NCBI GenBank assembly: GCA_050012755.1
Contig: JBEKGO010000005.1
Span: 1 to 64,000, forward strand
Direction of reading: 5' to 3'
Length of the DNA stretch: 64,000 nucleotides
Source of the DNA: Candidatus Bathyarchaeia archaeon
GTDB taxonomy: Archaea > Thermoproteota > Bathyarchaeia > Bathyarchaeales > Bathycorpusculaceae
Numbering within the stretch: position 1 is the stretch's first letter; each line of letters starts with the position of its first letter. Shown here one piece after another: positions 10,924 through 20,052 of this stretch. The translations under genes and the position numbers were made by a program. The notes beneath the pieces are model-generated. The model was not told the origin of the DNA, ran no database searches, and saw only the letters and a program-made list of their open reading frames with translations.

Positions 10924-11475
10924 ATGCCAGTCGAGTACGTAGAAGGCGATATTCTTGAAGCAAAAACTCAAGTTGTCGTCAACACAGTGAACTGCGAAGG
11001 CTTCATGGGTAAAGGACTGGCACTACAATTCAAAAAAGCCTATCCTGAAATGTTCAAAGAATACAAACAAAAATGCGTTGAAGGCGAAATTGAAATTGGA
11101 AAGCTCCACCTCTACAAGAACTCATTCAGGTACTGGATTTTGAATTTCCCAACGAAAGATCGGTGGAGACAAAACTCCAAACTTGACTACATCCAGAAAG
11201 GATTGGAGGAATTTAAGAACAGATACCACGAATGGGGCATTACTTCGATAGCGTTCCCCAGACTCGGATGCCAACAGGGCGGCTTAGACTGGAAGGACGT
11301 AAGACCATTAATGGAGAAATATCTCGATAACCTGCCCAGCGTAGCAGTCCAAATATTCTCCTTCAAACCATCCGAAAAGAAACCTACCAAAAAACGAAAA
11401 CCAAAAAAGCCGACCCTAAAAAAGCTCAGTCAGAAACAGCAAACAATAGCCGATTATAGCAACAAAAAGACATAA
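10924..11475 (+). CDS. darG: Macrodomain antitoxin (DarG-like, macro domain only)
   Basis: GDIL...VVNTVNCEGFMGKGLALQFKKAYP, NFPTKDRW, SIAFPRLGC. Confidence 0.85.
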   Translation: MPVEYVEGDILEAKTQVVVNTVNCEGFMGKGLALQFKKAYPEMFKEYKQKCVEGEIEIGKLHLYKNSFRYWILNFPTKDRWRQNSKLDYIQKGLEEFKNRYHEWGITSIAFPRLGCQQGGLDWKDVRPLMEKYLDNLPSVAVQIFSFKPSEKKPTKKRKPKKPTLKKLSQKQQTIADYSNKKT

Positions 11476-11620
11476 GCGCACACTAAAGGAACCATCTGAT
11501 TTTCCTGTAAATTCTTTCCGTTTCTTTCCATTTATGTTCAAGCGAAAGTTTCTTCTGCAAATACCCGCCAACACAATAGAGTATTCGAGCTGGTTCACTA
11601 TCATAGAAGGATGAAGAAAT

Positions 11621-11980
11621 ATGAACAAGGGTTACTTTGACGAGTTAAACAAAGAGTGGGTTGTTCCCATACAGGACAAACATGGGACATCGCTCAATCT
11701 AAGGAAGGATATGGTACACAGGGCTAGAGATAAATCTGATCAAAACAAGACGGATAATTTTAAAGTTATGAGGTTAGTTTGGGGACGGCAGACGGATCTC
11801 CCTGAAAAGGTCAACTTCATAGCTAAGATACAATGGAGTGATGGGGACATCAGTTGCTGTTTGTGTTACTACATTTTCAACCGATATGGGAAATGGGCGT
11901 TCGGTCAGTTTTGCCCCATGATTCCTACTTCTGACTTCAAAGAACTGTACGAATATGCGAAGGAGAAAGGGATTCTATAG
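11621..11980 (+). CDS. Hypothetical protein
   Basis: 119 aa ORF with ATG; no family recognised. Confidence 0.55.
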   Translation: MNKGYFDELNKEWVVPIQDKHGTSLNLRKDMVHRARDKSDQNKTDNFKVMRLVWGRQTDLPEKVNFIAKIQWSDGDISCCLCYYIFNRYGKWAFGQFCPMIPTSDFKELYEYAKEKGIL

Positions 11981-12103
11981 GATTAAATAAATCTAAGATC
12001 TATGACCTGAGCCAGACGACTATTATCAGATAACTGTCCGCTTCCCAACTATCCAGCCCGGGTCAAGAACAATCAGGATGGATAGAACTTGTTTTGCTCT
12101 ATA

Positions 12104-13201
12104 TTACTTGTTTTTTTCATTGGTTTGTTTTAGCAAATTCAATTTGGGCAACAGAGCTATCAAATTTAGGAAAACGAAGGCAATCAAGAAAGCATATGAA
12201 GCATACTGCAAAAAGTTCCATGTCAAAGGTCCGTAAATATTTGGAGGATATCCCCAAGGAGTCTGTTGGTTTGCAGATAGTTTGGAAATGAGCAGTTGAA
12301 CAAGAGCGTACACTAGAATAATGCCGATTATCGAGCTAAATAACATTTTGATTTTCTTTCTGAAGGCTATTAACATTATTGCTTCATACACTGAAGTTAT
12401 GCCCAAAAGGACGGTAGCGGTATCAGTTATCGAATTCACTATGTCAGGATGCACCCAATAACCAGACCGTGCGGTAACCGCATGAATGTTACTGGCGTTA
12501 CCTTCATAGAAAGCCTGAAAATAAATGTCGGTATATTTGGGCCAAAATTGAAATGCTATCCCGCCGTTTTGGTCGGTCGTAATATTTTCAACGGACTTCT
12601 GCCTACCATTTAATGTAGTTATCTCAATTATAGCAGTTGGAACAGGGAAGGTATTGATAGTTCCATCCGAACTTTGGTTCTGATAGAAAACAGTAAAGTA
12701 CCAAGAGTCGCCTTCTGCAGGAAAACCTTGCGAAGGATTGACATCCATGACAAGGTTAGATTTCACGTAAGTAATCGTAGTTTGCGAAGTTATTGTTGTC
12801 GTCGTGAGGGTGTGAATAATTTCAGTGGCGCTACGAAAAAAGTTGGTTCCATAAGAAAGACTAACATTAACATCGTTTGACTGATACTTGTTAAAAAAGT
12901 GCATTACATATGTCCCTGTCTCGTTTGCAGTTATGTTAAAAGTTTCAAAGGATGTTTTGATGCTCTGGTAAACTACATTGTATGAAGGAGTTGTAACAAA
13001 GAAATCAATTAATGACCCGTTTTCAACTGACATATTGCCGACTATGTTATCGGATGCCGAAAGCTGTATTTTCTGAACGACTTCGTCCTGACCTGGACTC
13101 ATCGTAAAGTTGACATTTGTTGCTTCTGCTAAGGCAACAAACGTGCCTGCGAATAGCAATACGAGCAAAGCAGCGTACACAAGTTCCAGTCTTATGGTCA
13201 T
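12104..13201 (-). CDS. Membrane protein with signal peptide, GOLD/emp24-like beta domain and C-terminal TM helices
   Basis: IDFFVTTP...FNITANETGTYVMHFFN pattern; Thr-rich linker; three hydrophobic C-terminal segments. Confidence 0.6.
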   Translation of the reverse strand: MTIRLELVYAALLVLLFAGTFVALAEATNVNFTMSPGQDEVVQKIQLSASDNIVGNMSVENGSLIDFFVTTPSYNVVYQSIKTSFETFNITANETGTYVMHFFNKYQSNDVNVSLSYGTNFFRSATEIIHTLTTTTITSQTTITYVKSNLVMDVNPSQGFPAEGDSWYFTVFYQNQSSDGTINTFPVPTAIIEITTLNGRQKSVENITTDQNGGIAFQFWPKYTDIYFQAFYEGNASNIHAVTARSGYWVHPDIVNSITDTATVLLGITSVYEAIMLIAFRKKIKMLFSSIIGIILVYALVQLLISKLSANQQTPWGYPPNIYGPLTWNFLQYASYAFLIAFVFLNLIALLPKLNLLKQTNEKNK

Positions 13202-13247
13202 GAAGTATTCGGCCTAAAGGTTATCTATGATTTTCTATTAATTGATA

Positions 13248-13547
13248 TTATCTTTTGGCAGTTTTTCCACTGGGCAGTTTGCTGACAAACTCATCGATGG
13301 CGGCTTTAGTGCCTATGTAGATATGTTTGTCAATTCTGACTTTAGAAATTTTCCCACCACGGGCTAGATTGTAAAGATATTGGTTAAGAGTGTCTTCTCT
13401 AATGTCCTTGAATGTAGCCAAAAGATCAGGATCCGAGTACTTAAAAACCTCTGTTGGCCTGTCTTCAATATATTTCAACACTTTATCAGTTTGGTTTTCC
13501 TCTAAAGCCTTAAGTGCATCCTCAACTTTCATCAGATTTAACCTCAT
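13248..13547 (-). CDS. Small winged-helix-like protein
   Basis: EDTLNQYLYNLARGGKISKVRI. Confidence 0.55.
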   Translation of the reverse strand: MRLNLMKVEDALKALEENQTDKVLKYIEDRPTEVFKYSDPDLLATFKDIREDTLNQYLYNLARGGKISKVRIDKHIYIGTKAAIDEFVSKLPSGKTAKR

Positions 13548-13733
13548 TGTTAGTTTGTTTAAATTATGATTTAATATTATTCAGATATACTTTCTTATAA
13601 ATATTTTCTGTCTTATGTCTAAAATTAATAGACTTTGAACACTTAATTAAAGTGGTGTTATAGAACCTTGTCAAACTTTTTAAAAAATCCTTATTTTCAT
13701 ACAAAAATCAGAAAAACTTAAGATGTCCTTCAA

Positions 13734-14972
13734 ATGCTAAGAAGCCTAAAGGTGCCGTTGTCTATGGGAATGCCCCTTGTAACTTCTCCTCCAAAAGGAC
13801 AAACTCTTTCATTCAAAAACCTAGTTCTAACCTATTCAAATGAGTCTTTGATGGACTTTCGCTACCAAGGTGTTTCATTAGAAGAAGCTATTTTCAAACC
13901 ATTGAAAGCATCACAATTTGGACTTTATTTTACCTTAGACCCTAGCATAGGTGTAGTATGTCAAGAAATATTTGATCTGGCAGGACATATCCAAAAAACT
14001 TTAGGAAAGTATACTCTATCTGCAGGCATTGCTAACGCAGCATTTGGGTGGTTTAAGAACGCGACAAGGCCTCTAAGCAGTGTTGGCGCCCAAGTGGCAT
14101 CGACTATTGTTTGGCAAAAAGTGTGCGAAGAAGCGTGGAAATGGGAAACACGCAATAACCCGATTAAACTCCACAAGGGAACTCCATACTACTTTTTGGC
14201 TGGAGAATACTTAACTGCAGGTAATTTAGATGCGGGTTATTTGTTCGTTCACAATGCAGTTGAGGAAGATAAACGGCTAGCATTACAAACTGGAACACCT
14301 CAATCATACAAGGATTGTCCTGCTTACATGCTTGCTTCATTGGTTGTTAGTAAAAACAATTACTTGCATGATTTGGTTGATGAAATGAAAAAAACCATTG
14401 ATGCCTATATCTCATCTTTTGTTACCGCCTTTGGGGCATTCTCTTTCAGCGATTTAGAAAACAAATTCCTAAGAAATGATGCACTTGAAGAAATCAAGTA
14501 TGTCTTCATTTATAACATGAGCAGTCTTATCCAACAAAAGAAACTTGTCGTTTCAGGGGATTTAATGAATAATGATTTTTCCCGGCTCCGCAACCTCGAC
14601 ACGATTGTCAACTTTAGTATTATAATCGATAAGGTGCTTCAGGCTCGATTTGGTGAAGATTACATGAATCGCAATATTGAGGCTTATTCAGCTACCAAAG
14701 GTCTAACCAAAGCTCAGCTAGAAAGATTCAAAAATGAGAAAGCCTTCGGCGATGACCCGGATGTAATAATACCTAAGTTGCTGCCTGCAACTGTTACGTT
14801 CAATGATGGAACTCCAGTTCGACCCGAAATTGTGTGTATGCTAATTGCACACAAACTAAGGAATTATGGAAGCCATAACCTGTCGAGTCAGTTAATATTT
14901 GCAACGCAATACAATCAAGTGATTGAAAAATTGATGCATTCGCTATTTTTAGCTGTTAAAGAGTTACCATAA
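13734..14972 (+). CDS. Hypothetical protein with C-terminal HEPN-like Rx4H motif
   Basis: KLRNYGSHN in a helical C-terminus. Confidence 0.5.
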   Translation: MLRSLKVPLSMGMPLVTSPPKGQTLSFKNLVLTYSNESLMDFRYQGVSLEEAIFKPLKASQFGLYFTLDPSIGVVCQEIFDLAGHIQKTLGKYTLSAGIANAAFGWFKNATRPLSSVGAQVASTIVWQKVCEEAWKWETRNNPIKLHKGTPYYFLAGEYLTAGNLDAGYLFVHNAVEEDKRLALQTGTPQSYKDCPAYMLASLVVSKNNYLHDLVDEMKKTIDAYISSFVTAFGAFSFSDLENKFLRNDALEEIKYVFIYNMSSLIQQKKLVVSGDLMNNDFSRLRNLDTIVNFSIIIDKVLQARFGEDYMNRNIEAYSATKGLTKAQLERFKNEKAFGDDPDVIIPKLLPATVTFNDGTPVRPEIVCMLIAHKLRNYGSHNLSSQLIFATQYNQVIEKLMHSLFLAVKELP

Positions 14973-15137
14973 TTGGCTGCGAAAGAAAATAGAAAAATGC
15001 GGGAGACACGTCTACTGTGGGCCACGTCCAAATCATATTCTGTTTGAATTGGACTAAGGTTTGATTAATACCGGTTAACGATTACCAAGCCACTAGAAAT
15101 CTCAAATTTTATTAGGTTAGCCAACAACCTTGGTTCG

Positions 15138-15965
15138 ATGTCTACTGTGGAATTAAGCGTATGGGTCTCGATAGCGGGTGTACTCGTAAGTTCGCTAATT
15201 AGTATACTAATCGCTCTAAAACTGGGCCCCTGGCATGTAGAAAAAATGAGACTAAGAAGGGAACACAGTCAAAAATTCCTCGAAGATGGCCTCAAACCCT
15301 GGTTGAATGAAATACACGTGCTGTGCCGTTTTGGAGCAGAGTATACAAAAAACGACAAAAAATTCGTGCCTTACATCCCTGATGATCCAAATCAAATACT
15401 GTTTGTAGGTCTGAAGGCGCACCTAATTACAGGCTACCCTGAAGTTCTGCAGGAATGGACAAATTACAAAAAAATAGTTCAGGAAAATAACCAGAAATGG
15501 GCGGATCTGTTTAACGATCTTATCCTCAAAATTGAAACAGCGACTAATATTCCAAAATTTCACTTCTACGTACAAGAAACAAAACCTCCGTATTTTATTG
15601 CGCCAGTCAACATTGTGGCTTATATATGTAACAAAATACGCTACGAATTAGTAAGTGGGCAGCCGTTCGTTGACAGAATAAATTATACACCAACAAGTGA
15701 GGGAAATTTAAGATATTTCAGCGTAGCAGCCTCAGTCGGAGAACTTGGACGCGTGAATGTCTCCGAAGATTTTAGCTCCGTGCTAAAGACCATGGAAGAG
15801 CATCAGTCAGATAAAGCTGTGAGAGCTAAAATGGGCGAACTTCTCCGAGTTGAGAATGAAGACCTATCAAAAATAAAGACTATTTTCGAGGACAAACTCA
15901 AAGAACTAATGCGCTCTATTGAATTAGGCAATTATCTTAAAGGCAAGTGCAAATATTGCCCATAA
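15138..15965 (+). CDS. Hypothetical protein with N-terminal TM helix
   Basis: Hydrophobic N-terminus; C-terminal CKYC. Confidence 0.6.
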   Translation: MSTVELSVWVSIAGVLVSSLISILIALKLGPWHVEKMRLRREHSQKFLEDGLKPWLNEIHVLCRFGAEYTKNDKKFVPYIPDDPNQILFVGLKAHLITGYPEVLQEWTNYKKIVQENNQKWADLFNDLILKIETATNIPKFHFYVQETKPPYFIAPVNIVAYICNKIRYELVSGQPFVDRINYTPTSEGNLRYFSVAASVGELGRVNVSEDFSSVLKTMEEHQSDKAVRAKMGELLRVENEDLSKIKTIFEDKLKELMRSIELGNYLKGKCKYCP

Positions 15966-16210
15966 TACTCCAGAACTGAACTGGACAAACTGTGCATTAA
16001 ACTGTCTTCCTTGGCTCCACTGGCAGCTTAGTCGCAAAGCGTGGATTACCTTACTCATTGTCAGCTTAATGAACAAATAACAAAGTGAACAGTTACCACG
16101 TTTCGCATGAAGTTATAGTTACATTAAACCGCCGTAAAATGGGTTGGAGAACCTTTGCCGACAGGAAAGCTTTAGAGTGCTTTTTGGTATACAACTAGCG
16201 CGGTTAAAAG

Positions 16211-16708
16211 ATGGCCGAATTCAGTCAACCGCTTCCTGAGCTCATTACGCTTTTACTAATTCCAATCGTAGTATACATTTTAGGGAGAGTATCCGAAGAA
16301 GGCGGAAAATCAGCTTATAGGAAATGGCGAGGTGAGATTGTTTTCAAAAAAGAAACTGAGGGGGAGACTGCTGCCTTAACCATCCAAACTAACTCACCGG
16401 TATATTTAGACGACTTAACAGTGCACCTTAAAAACAAACCGTTTGATGTGCTTTCCCAAATCAAGGACCAACTGAAGGTCGATCAAAACAAACGCATACA
16501 ATTTAGTCCTCTGGACAAAATACGAATCGAGGGCATTCTTCAAGAACGCGGTGATAGGAAGTTATTTGTAGATGCTTACATTGGCATTGACAATGCATGT
16601 TTCTCCGAAGACCTTGATGTAGAATATTCAAAAGCCGAGGAATTTATGGAAAACACGAAAATGACCCTTGAAACTTCAAGGAAAGTCTACAACCGCTTTC
16701 TGCTTTAA
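16211..16708 (+). CDS. Hypothetical protein with N-terminal TM helix
   Basis: LITLLLIPIVVYILG followed by a soluble domain. Confidence 0.55.
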   Translation: MAEFSQPLPELITLLLIPIVVYILGRVSEEGGKSAYRKWRGEIVFKKETEGETAALTIQTNSPVYLDDLTVHLKNKPFDVLSQIKDQLKVDQNKRIQFSPLDKIRIEGILQERGDRKLFVDAYIGIDNACFSEDLDVEYSKAEEFMENTKMTLETSRKVYNRFLL

Positions 16709-16711
16709 CAG

Positions 16712-16900
16712 TTAGACGCGTTTTTTCTTAATTACTATGTAATCCTGATAATTGGGATCGAGTATCTGGAAGTATTCAATGTCTTGATTAACGCCTAATT
16801 CAAGGTGGTCCACCACACTTGCTGGAATGTAGAGCTTGTTATTGCTGTATAACTTGCCTGTCCCAATAGACTTCAATTCGTTGGGTGCAATAGTTACCAT
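16712..16900 (-). CDS. AbrB/MazE-like small DNA-binding protein
   Basis: KLYIPASVVDHLELGVNQDIEYF fits the swapped-hairpin pattern. Confidence 0.6.
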   Translation of the reverse strand: MVTIAPNELKSIGTGKLYSNNKLYIPASVVDHLELGVNQDIEYFQILDPNYQDYIVIKKKRV

Positions 16901-16951
16901 AAGTCATCAGCTATCCAGTGGAGTGGTATTTTATTGTTGCCTAAAATATTT

Positions 16952-17063
16952 TTGGTCCAAAATTGGTCCAGTTTTAGTACATTAATTGGTCCAAAATTGG
17001 TCCACGATGACCAGTAAAGACCTTGGCCTGATTTTGGTCCAATATTGGTCCATATTTGGTCCA
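16952..17063. repeat. 11-bp-phased TTGGTCCA repeats, left cluster
   Basis: TTGGTCC at 16952, 16963, 16986, 16997, 17034, 17045 and 17056. Confidence 0.9.
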
Positions 17064-17147
17064 GGATGAATAAAATCGATTCGTTGGTCTCAGAGGCGGT
17101 TTTACCTCGAATTATCTGTGAACTCCCTCCATTAGGATAAAAAGCTA

Positions 17148-17330
17148 TCATTTCTGTCTACTTCCTCTATCGAGCCATTTTGAAAAGTCAGCTTTGTTTT
17201 CGTAAGCAAATTCGAGGACTAGAGATATCGCAGTCTTAGTGCTTGGTACTTTTTTCATTATCAAAGTCATTTCGATTCGTAGCTCTTCAACTCGACGCCT
17301 ATCTTCGTCGCTGATATTTACCGAGGGCAA
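17148..17330 (-). CDS. Ribbon-helix-helix-like small protein
   Basis: PSVNISDEDRRRVEELR...STKTAISLVLE: strand-helix-helix pattern. Confidence 0.55.
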   Translation of the reverse strand: MPSVNISDEDRRRVEELRIEMTLIMKKVPSTKTAISLVLEFAYENKADFSKWLDRGSRQK

Positions 17331-17548
17331 AGCTGTTCACATGATTTCTATATTTTATTACTATAATATAAGCTTTTATAGTTACTAAATAATATTATTA
17401 TAAAAATACCTGAATTCCATTGTTTGATATTTATGTTTAGAAGAAAGTGAGATTACTGGGGGATGTATCTAACCACCTTCGCATAATGATTTATGAAAGT
17501 ATTTGATGTTCTTTCCGGGATTTTCTTTCTTTTAGTTTTTTCCAGAGC

Positions 17549-18356
17549 TTGGTCCAATATCGGTCCATAGTGATCGTAATAGAGTTGGTCCAATTGTTGC
17601 CCATAAATGGTCCTTTTTTAGGGCAAGAATTGGTCCAATAATGGTCCAGATTTGGTCCAAGGCAAGAAGTAATATCTCCTTGACGACGGCAGCTGTGGCA
17701 ACTGCGCTAATGCCGGCGAAAACACCAGCTGTAGTTGATGCGGTGAATGCAGCGGAGTCGGAAGTTGTTAAAAGAACTGCTTTTCGCCGTTGAAATTTTG
17801 GTCCAATATTGGTCCAAATTTGGTCTAAGACGAAAAAAAGAAAATAGACAGGAGATGGCGACAGCAGCGGCAATTGAAGTAATTGCGGCGAAGGCAACAA
17901 TCGCATAGATGGCGGAGGAGGCGGCGGCGGAACTGAACAAAAGAAATACAACTATGTCATCAAATTATTGGTCCAATTTGGAGCGTGGAAACTGTTGGAC
18001 CAAAATTACCCCAAAGTTGGTCCACTATTGGTCCAAAAAAAGTCAAGGTTGCGATAACAGCGCTGATCGTGATGGTGGAAGCAACTATGCACAAGGCTAA
18101 GATGGACGCCACTAATTTCGCGATTAACTTCTTTGGTTCAATATTGGTCCAGATTTGGTCCAAGATAAAGAAGTTAATGCATTGACGACGTCGGCAGTGG
18201 TTGTAGCCTCAGTAATGGCGAATAGGCAACAATCAACGGGGGCAGCACCACGCAAAAATTACACTGCCACTGAATTTATTGATCCAATATTGGTCCAGAA
18301 TAAGGTCATTTATTGGACCATTTTTAGTCCTAAAATTGGTCCATTATTGGTCCAAA
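17549..18356. repeat. Satellite-like array of 11-bp-phased TTGGWCCAA clusters separated by GCN-rich linkers
   Basis: Units at 17549/60, 17585/17607, 17630/41/52, 17798/809/820, 17968, 17995/18017/28, 18133/44/55, 18279/90, 18302/13/24/36/47. Confidence 0.9.
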
Positions 18357-18440
18357 ATCAAACTGTTAAACCTTAGTTGTTTGTCAAATTTTAAATAGCC
18401 ATGAACATAGAGTTAGATTAACAGTCAAGAGTGATACCGT

Positions 18441-19472
18441 TTGAAATCTCCATTCGCACCATTCGACATCGAATCAACTAATTCAGAAGATTTCTTCCAA
18501 GCATTGTTGCCGTTAATCCCAAGGGCTATCGAGGTTGGACATGCCTGCTATGAGCAAGTCCTAATAAAAGATGGCAGAATTGAGGAAGGAGAATACGATA
18601 AAGCCAAGGGGCTAGAAGGATTATACGTAAGTTCAATGGAAATTTCAGATGATAGTGCTGGTTTCTCATTAAAAGGTCGTGCCTTTGCCAGCACTCCGAT
18701 AGTAAAAGATCTGGAGAACACTTTGCTTAATTTGCGAGACTATTTACTTACCTTAGGAGTCTACGACCCTAAGCCGTGTAAAGGACACCATGATCTTTTT
18801 TGTAGTCTGGTTATTGAAACCATGTTTTTCATGCCTGGCTCTTTTAGGATTAATTTAGTTGTTCGCAAATTACATGATGAAACCTATGAAGGAAGTGTCG
18901 GTGTCTCTTATGAAACTCTAGTCAATGACATAATCGAAGCAAAATCACATTTGACAGAATCAAAAAGAATCCGCGACCAGACATACGAGGAAATGCTGAA
19001 GAAGGTTAAGGATGCAGAAACTACCGATGAAAAAAAGAAAACTCTAGAAAGCTTTGCCAATATTCTTTTTACTGACGCAGGATTTGAAGTAAAATACATA
19101 AGTAAAAGAGGAATTGATAGCGAGGTTGACCTATTTGTTATCAATGAATCTAAGGATAATTTTAAGATGCAACTGGGTAACCCGATTATAGTAGAATGTA
19201 AAAACATAAGTGAACCTGCAACTTCCAGCATCATTCGCAATTTTCAGACGAAGCTAATGGACAAAGCAGCATTTACAGGCGTATTATTTTCACTCAAAGG
19301 CATCACTGGTTCTAACGACGCCCAAAATGCAAAAGCTGCAATTAGAACCTCTCTAATCGCACGCAACACGCGCATAATAGTAATTGACGGAAATGACCTC
19401 GAAAAAGTAGCGCAAGGGGAGTCATTCCTGTCTGTTCTCAGGGAAAAATTCTATGAGCTATCGACCATCTGA
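18441..19472 (+). CDS. Mrr-like PD-(D/E)xK restriction endonuclease domain protein
   Basis: LESFANILF...EVDLFVIN...IIVECKN...GVLFSLKGITG...IIVIDG. Confidence 0.75.
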   Translation: MKSPFAPFDIESTNSEDFFQALLPLIPRAIEVGHACYEQVLIKDGRIEEGEYDKAKGLEGLYVSSMEISDDSAGFSLKGRAFASTPIVKDLENTLLNLRDYLLTLGVYDPKPCKGHHDLFCSLVIETMFFMPGSFRINLVVRKLHDETYEGSVGVSYETLVNDIIEAKSHLTESKRIRDQTYEEMLKKVKDAETTDEKKKTLESFANILFTDAGFEVKYISKRGIDSEVDLFVINESKDNFKMQLGNPIIVECKNISEPATSSIIRNFQTKLMDKAAFTGVLFSLKGITGSNDAQNAKAAIRTSLIARNTRIIVIDGNDLEKVAQGESFLSVLREKFYELSTI

Positions 19473-19620
19473 TGCCTTCTATTTGAGATTATCCAGCGGT
19501 TATCCGGAAAAAAATATTTGCCCCTGACACGTTCTCGCTTAGCCGGATTTATATCCTCAGGTTCTCTAATAACTCCCAGATGTTTCGACTACATCTAAAC
19601 TTGCAAGCTTATTGTTTTCA

Positions 19621-20052
19621 TCACTTTGTTGATTGCATTCCGCTGCACTTTTTTGCAGCACTGACTGTTTCAGGTATGGACAATTTCTTTAGTTGCCTTA
19701 TCCGATTTTTAAGAGTACTCATTAATTCTTGATTATTTCTAAGCCTTGACCTTATTATTTTGAACATGCTATTTCCTTCATCAGTTAATTTATAGTCATA
19801 TCTTCGCTCGCCGTTAGGGAAACGAACTGTTCTCTGTTCTAAGATTCCTGATGTCACTAAAGTATCAATAGTATCTGCTAGCTCCTCAGAATAGGGACCG
19901 TAAAAATAGGATTCAAATTCAAAGTTAAATGGTAGCTGATCACGGTATTTAAGAATGCAAATGTCTTTTTGTATCCGAGTCCTACCTTCAACAATGGAGT
20001 TATTGAAACCGAAAAAAGCAATTAGCAAAGATATGTCTTGCGTCTTAATCAA
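19621..20052 (-). CDS. YwgA/DUF4065-like winged-helix protein
   Basis: GRTRIQK...FESYFYGPYSEEL...YKLTDEG. Confidence 0.7.
   Translation of the reverse strand: MIKTQDISLLIAFFGFNNSIVEGRTRIQKDICILKYRDQLPFNFEFESYFYGPYSEELADTIDTLVTSGILEQRTVRFPNGERRYDYKLTDEGNSMFKIIRSRLRNNQELMSTLKNRIRQLKKLSIPETVSAAKKCSGMQSTK

Noticed and set aside
12003-12086. Structured ncRNA between convergent genes
   Set aside because: Only short imperfect stems (TGACCTGAGC/GCCCGGGTCA, CTATCC/GGATAG); not enough support.
16894-17151. 85-aa ORF, and ORFs 17532..17951, 17909..18100, 17985..18185, 18155..18376, as ordinary genes
   Set aside because: Their LDQIWTNIGP-type motifs are translations of the DNA repeat in several frames; not called as CDS.
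17549-18356. CRISPR array
   Set aside because: Repeats are internally 11-bp periodic and variable in copy number, linkers are 95-135 bp and related to each other, and no cas genes are present.
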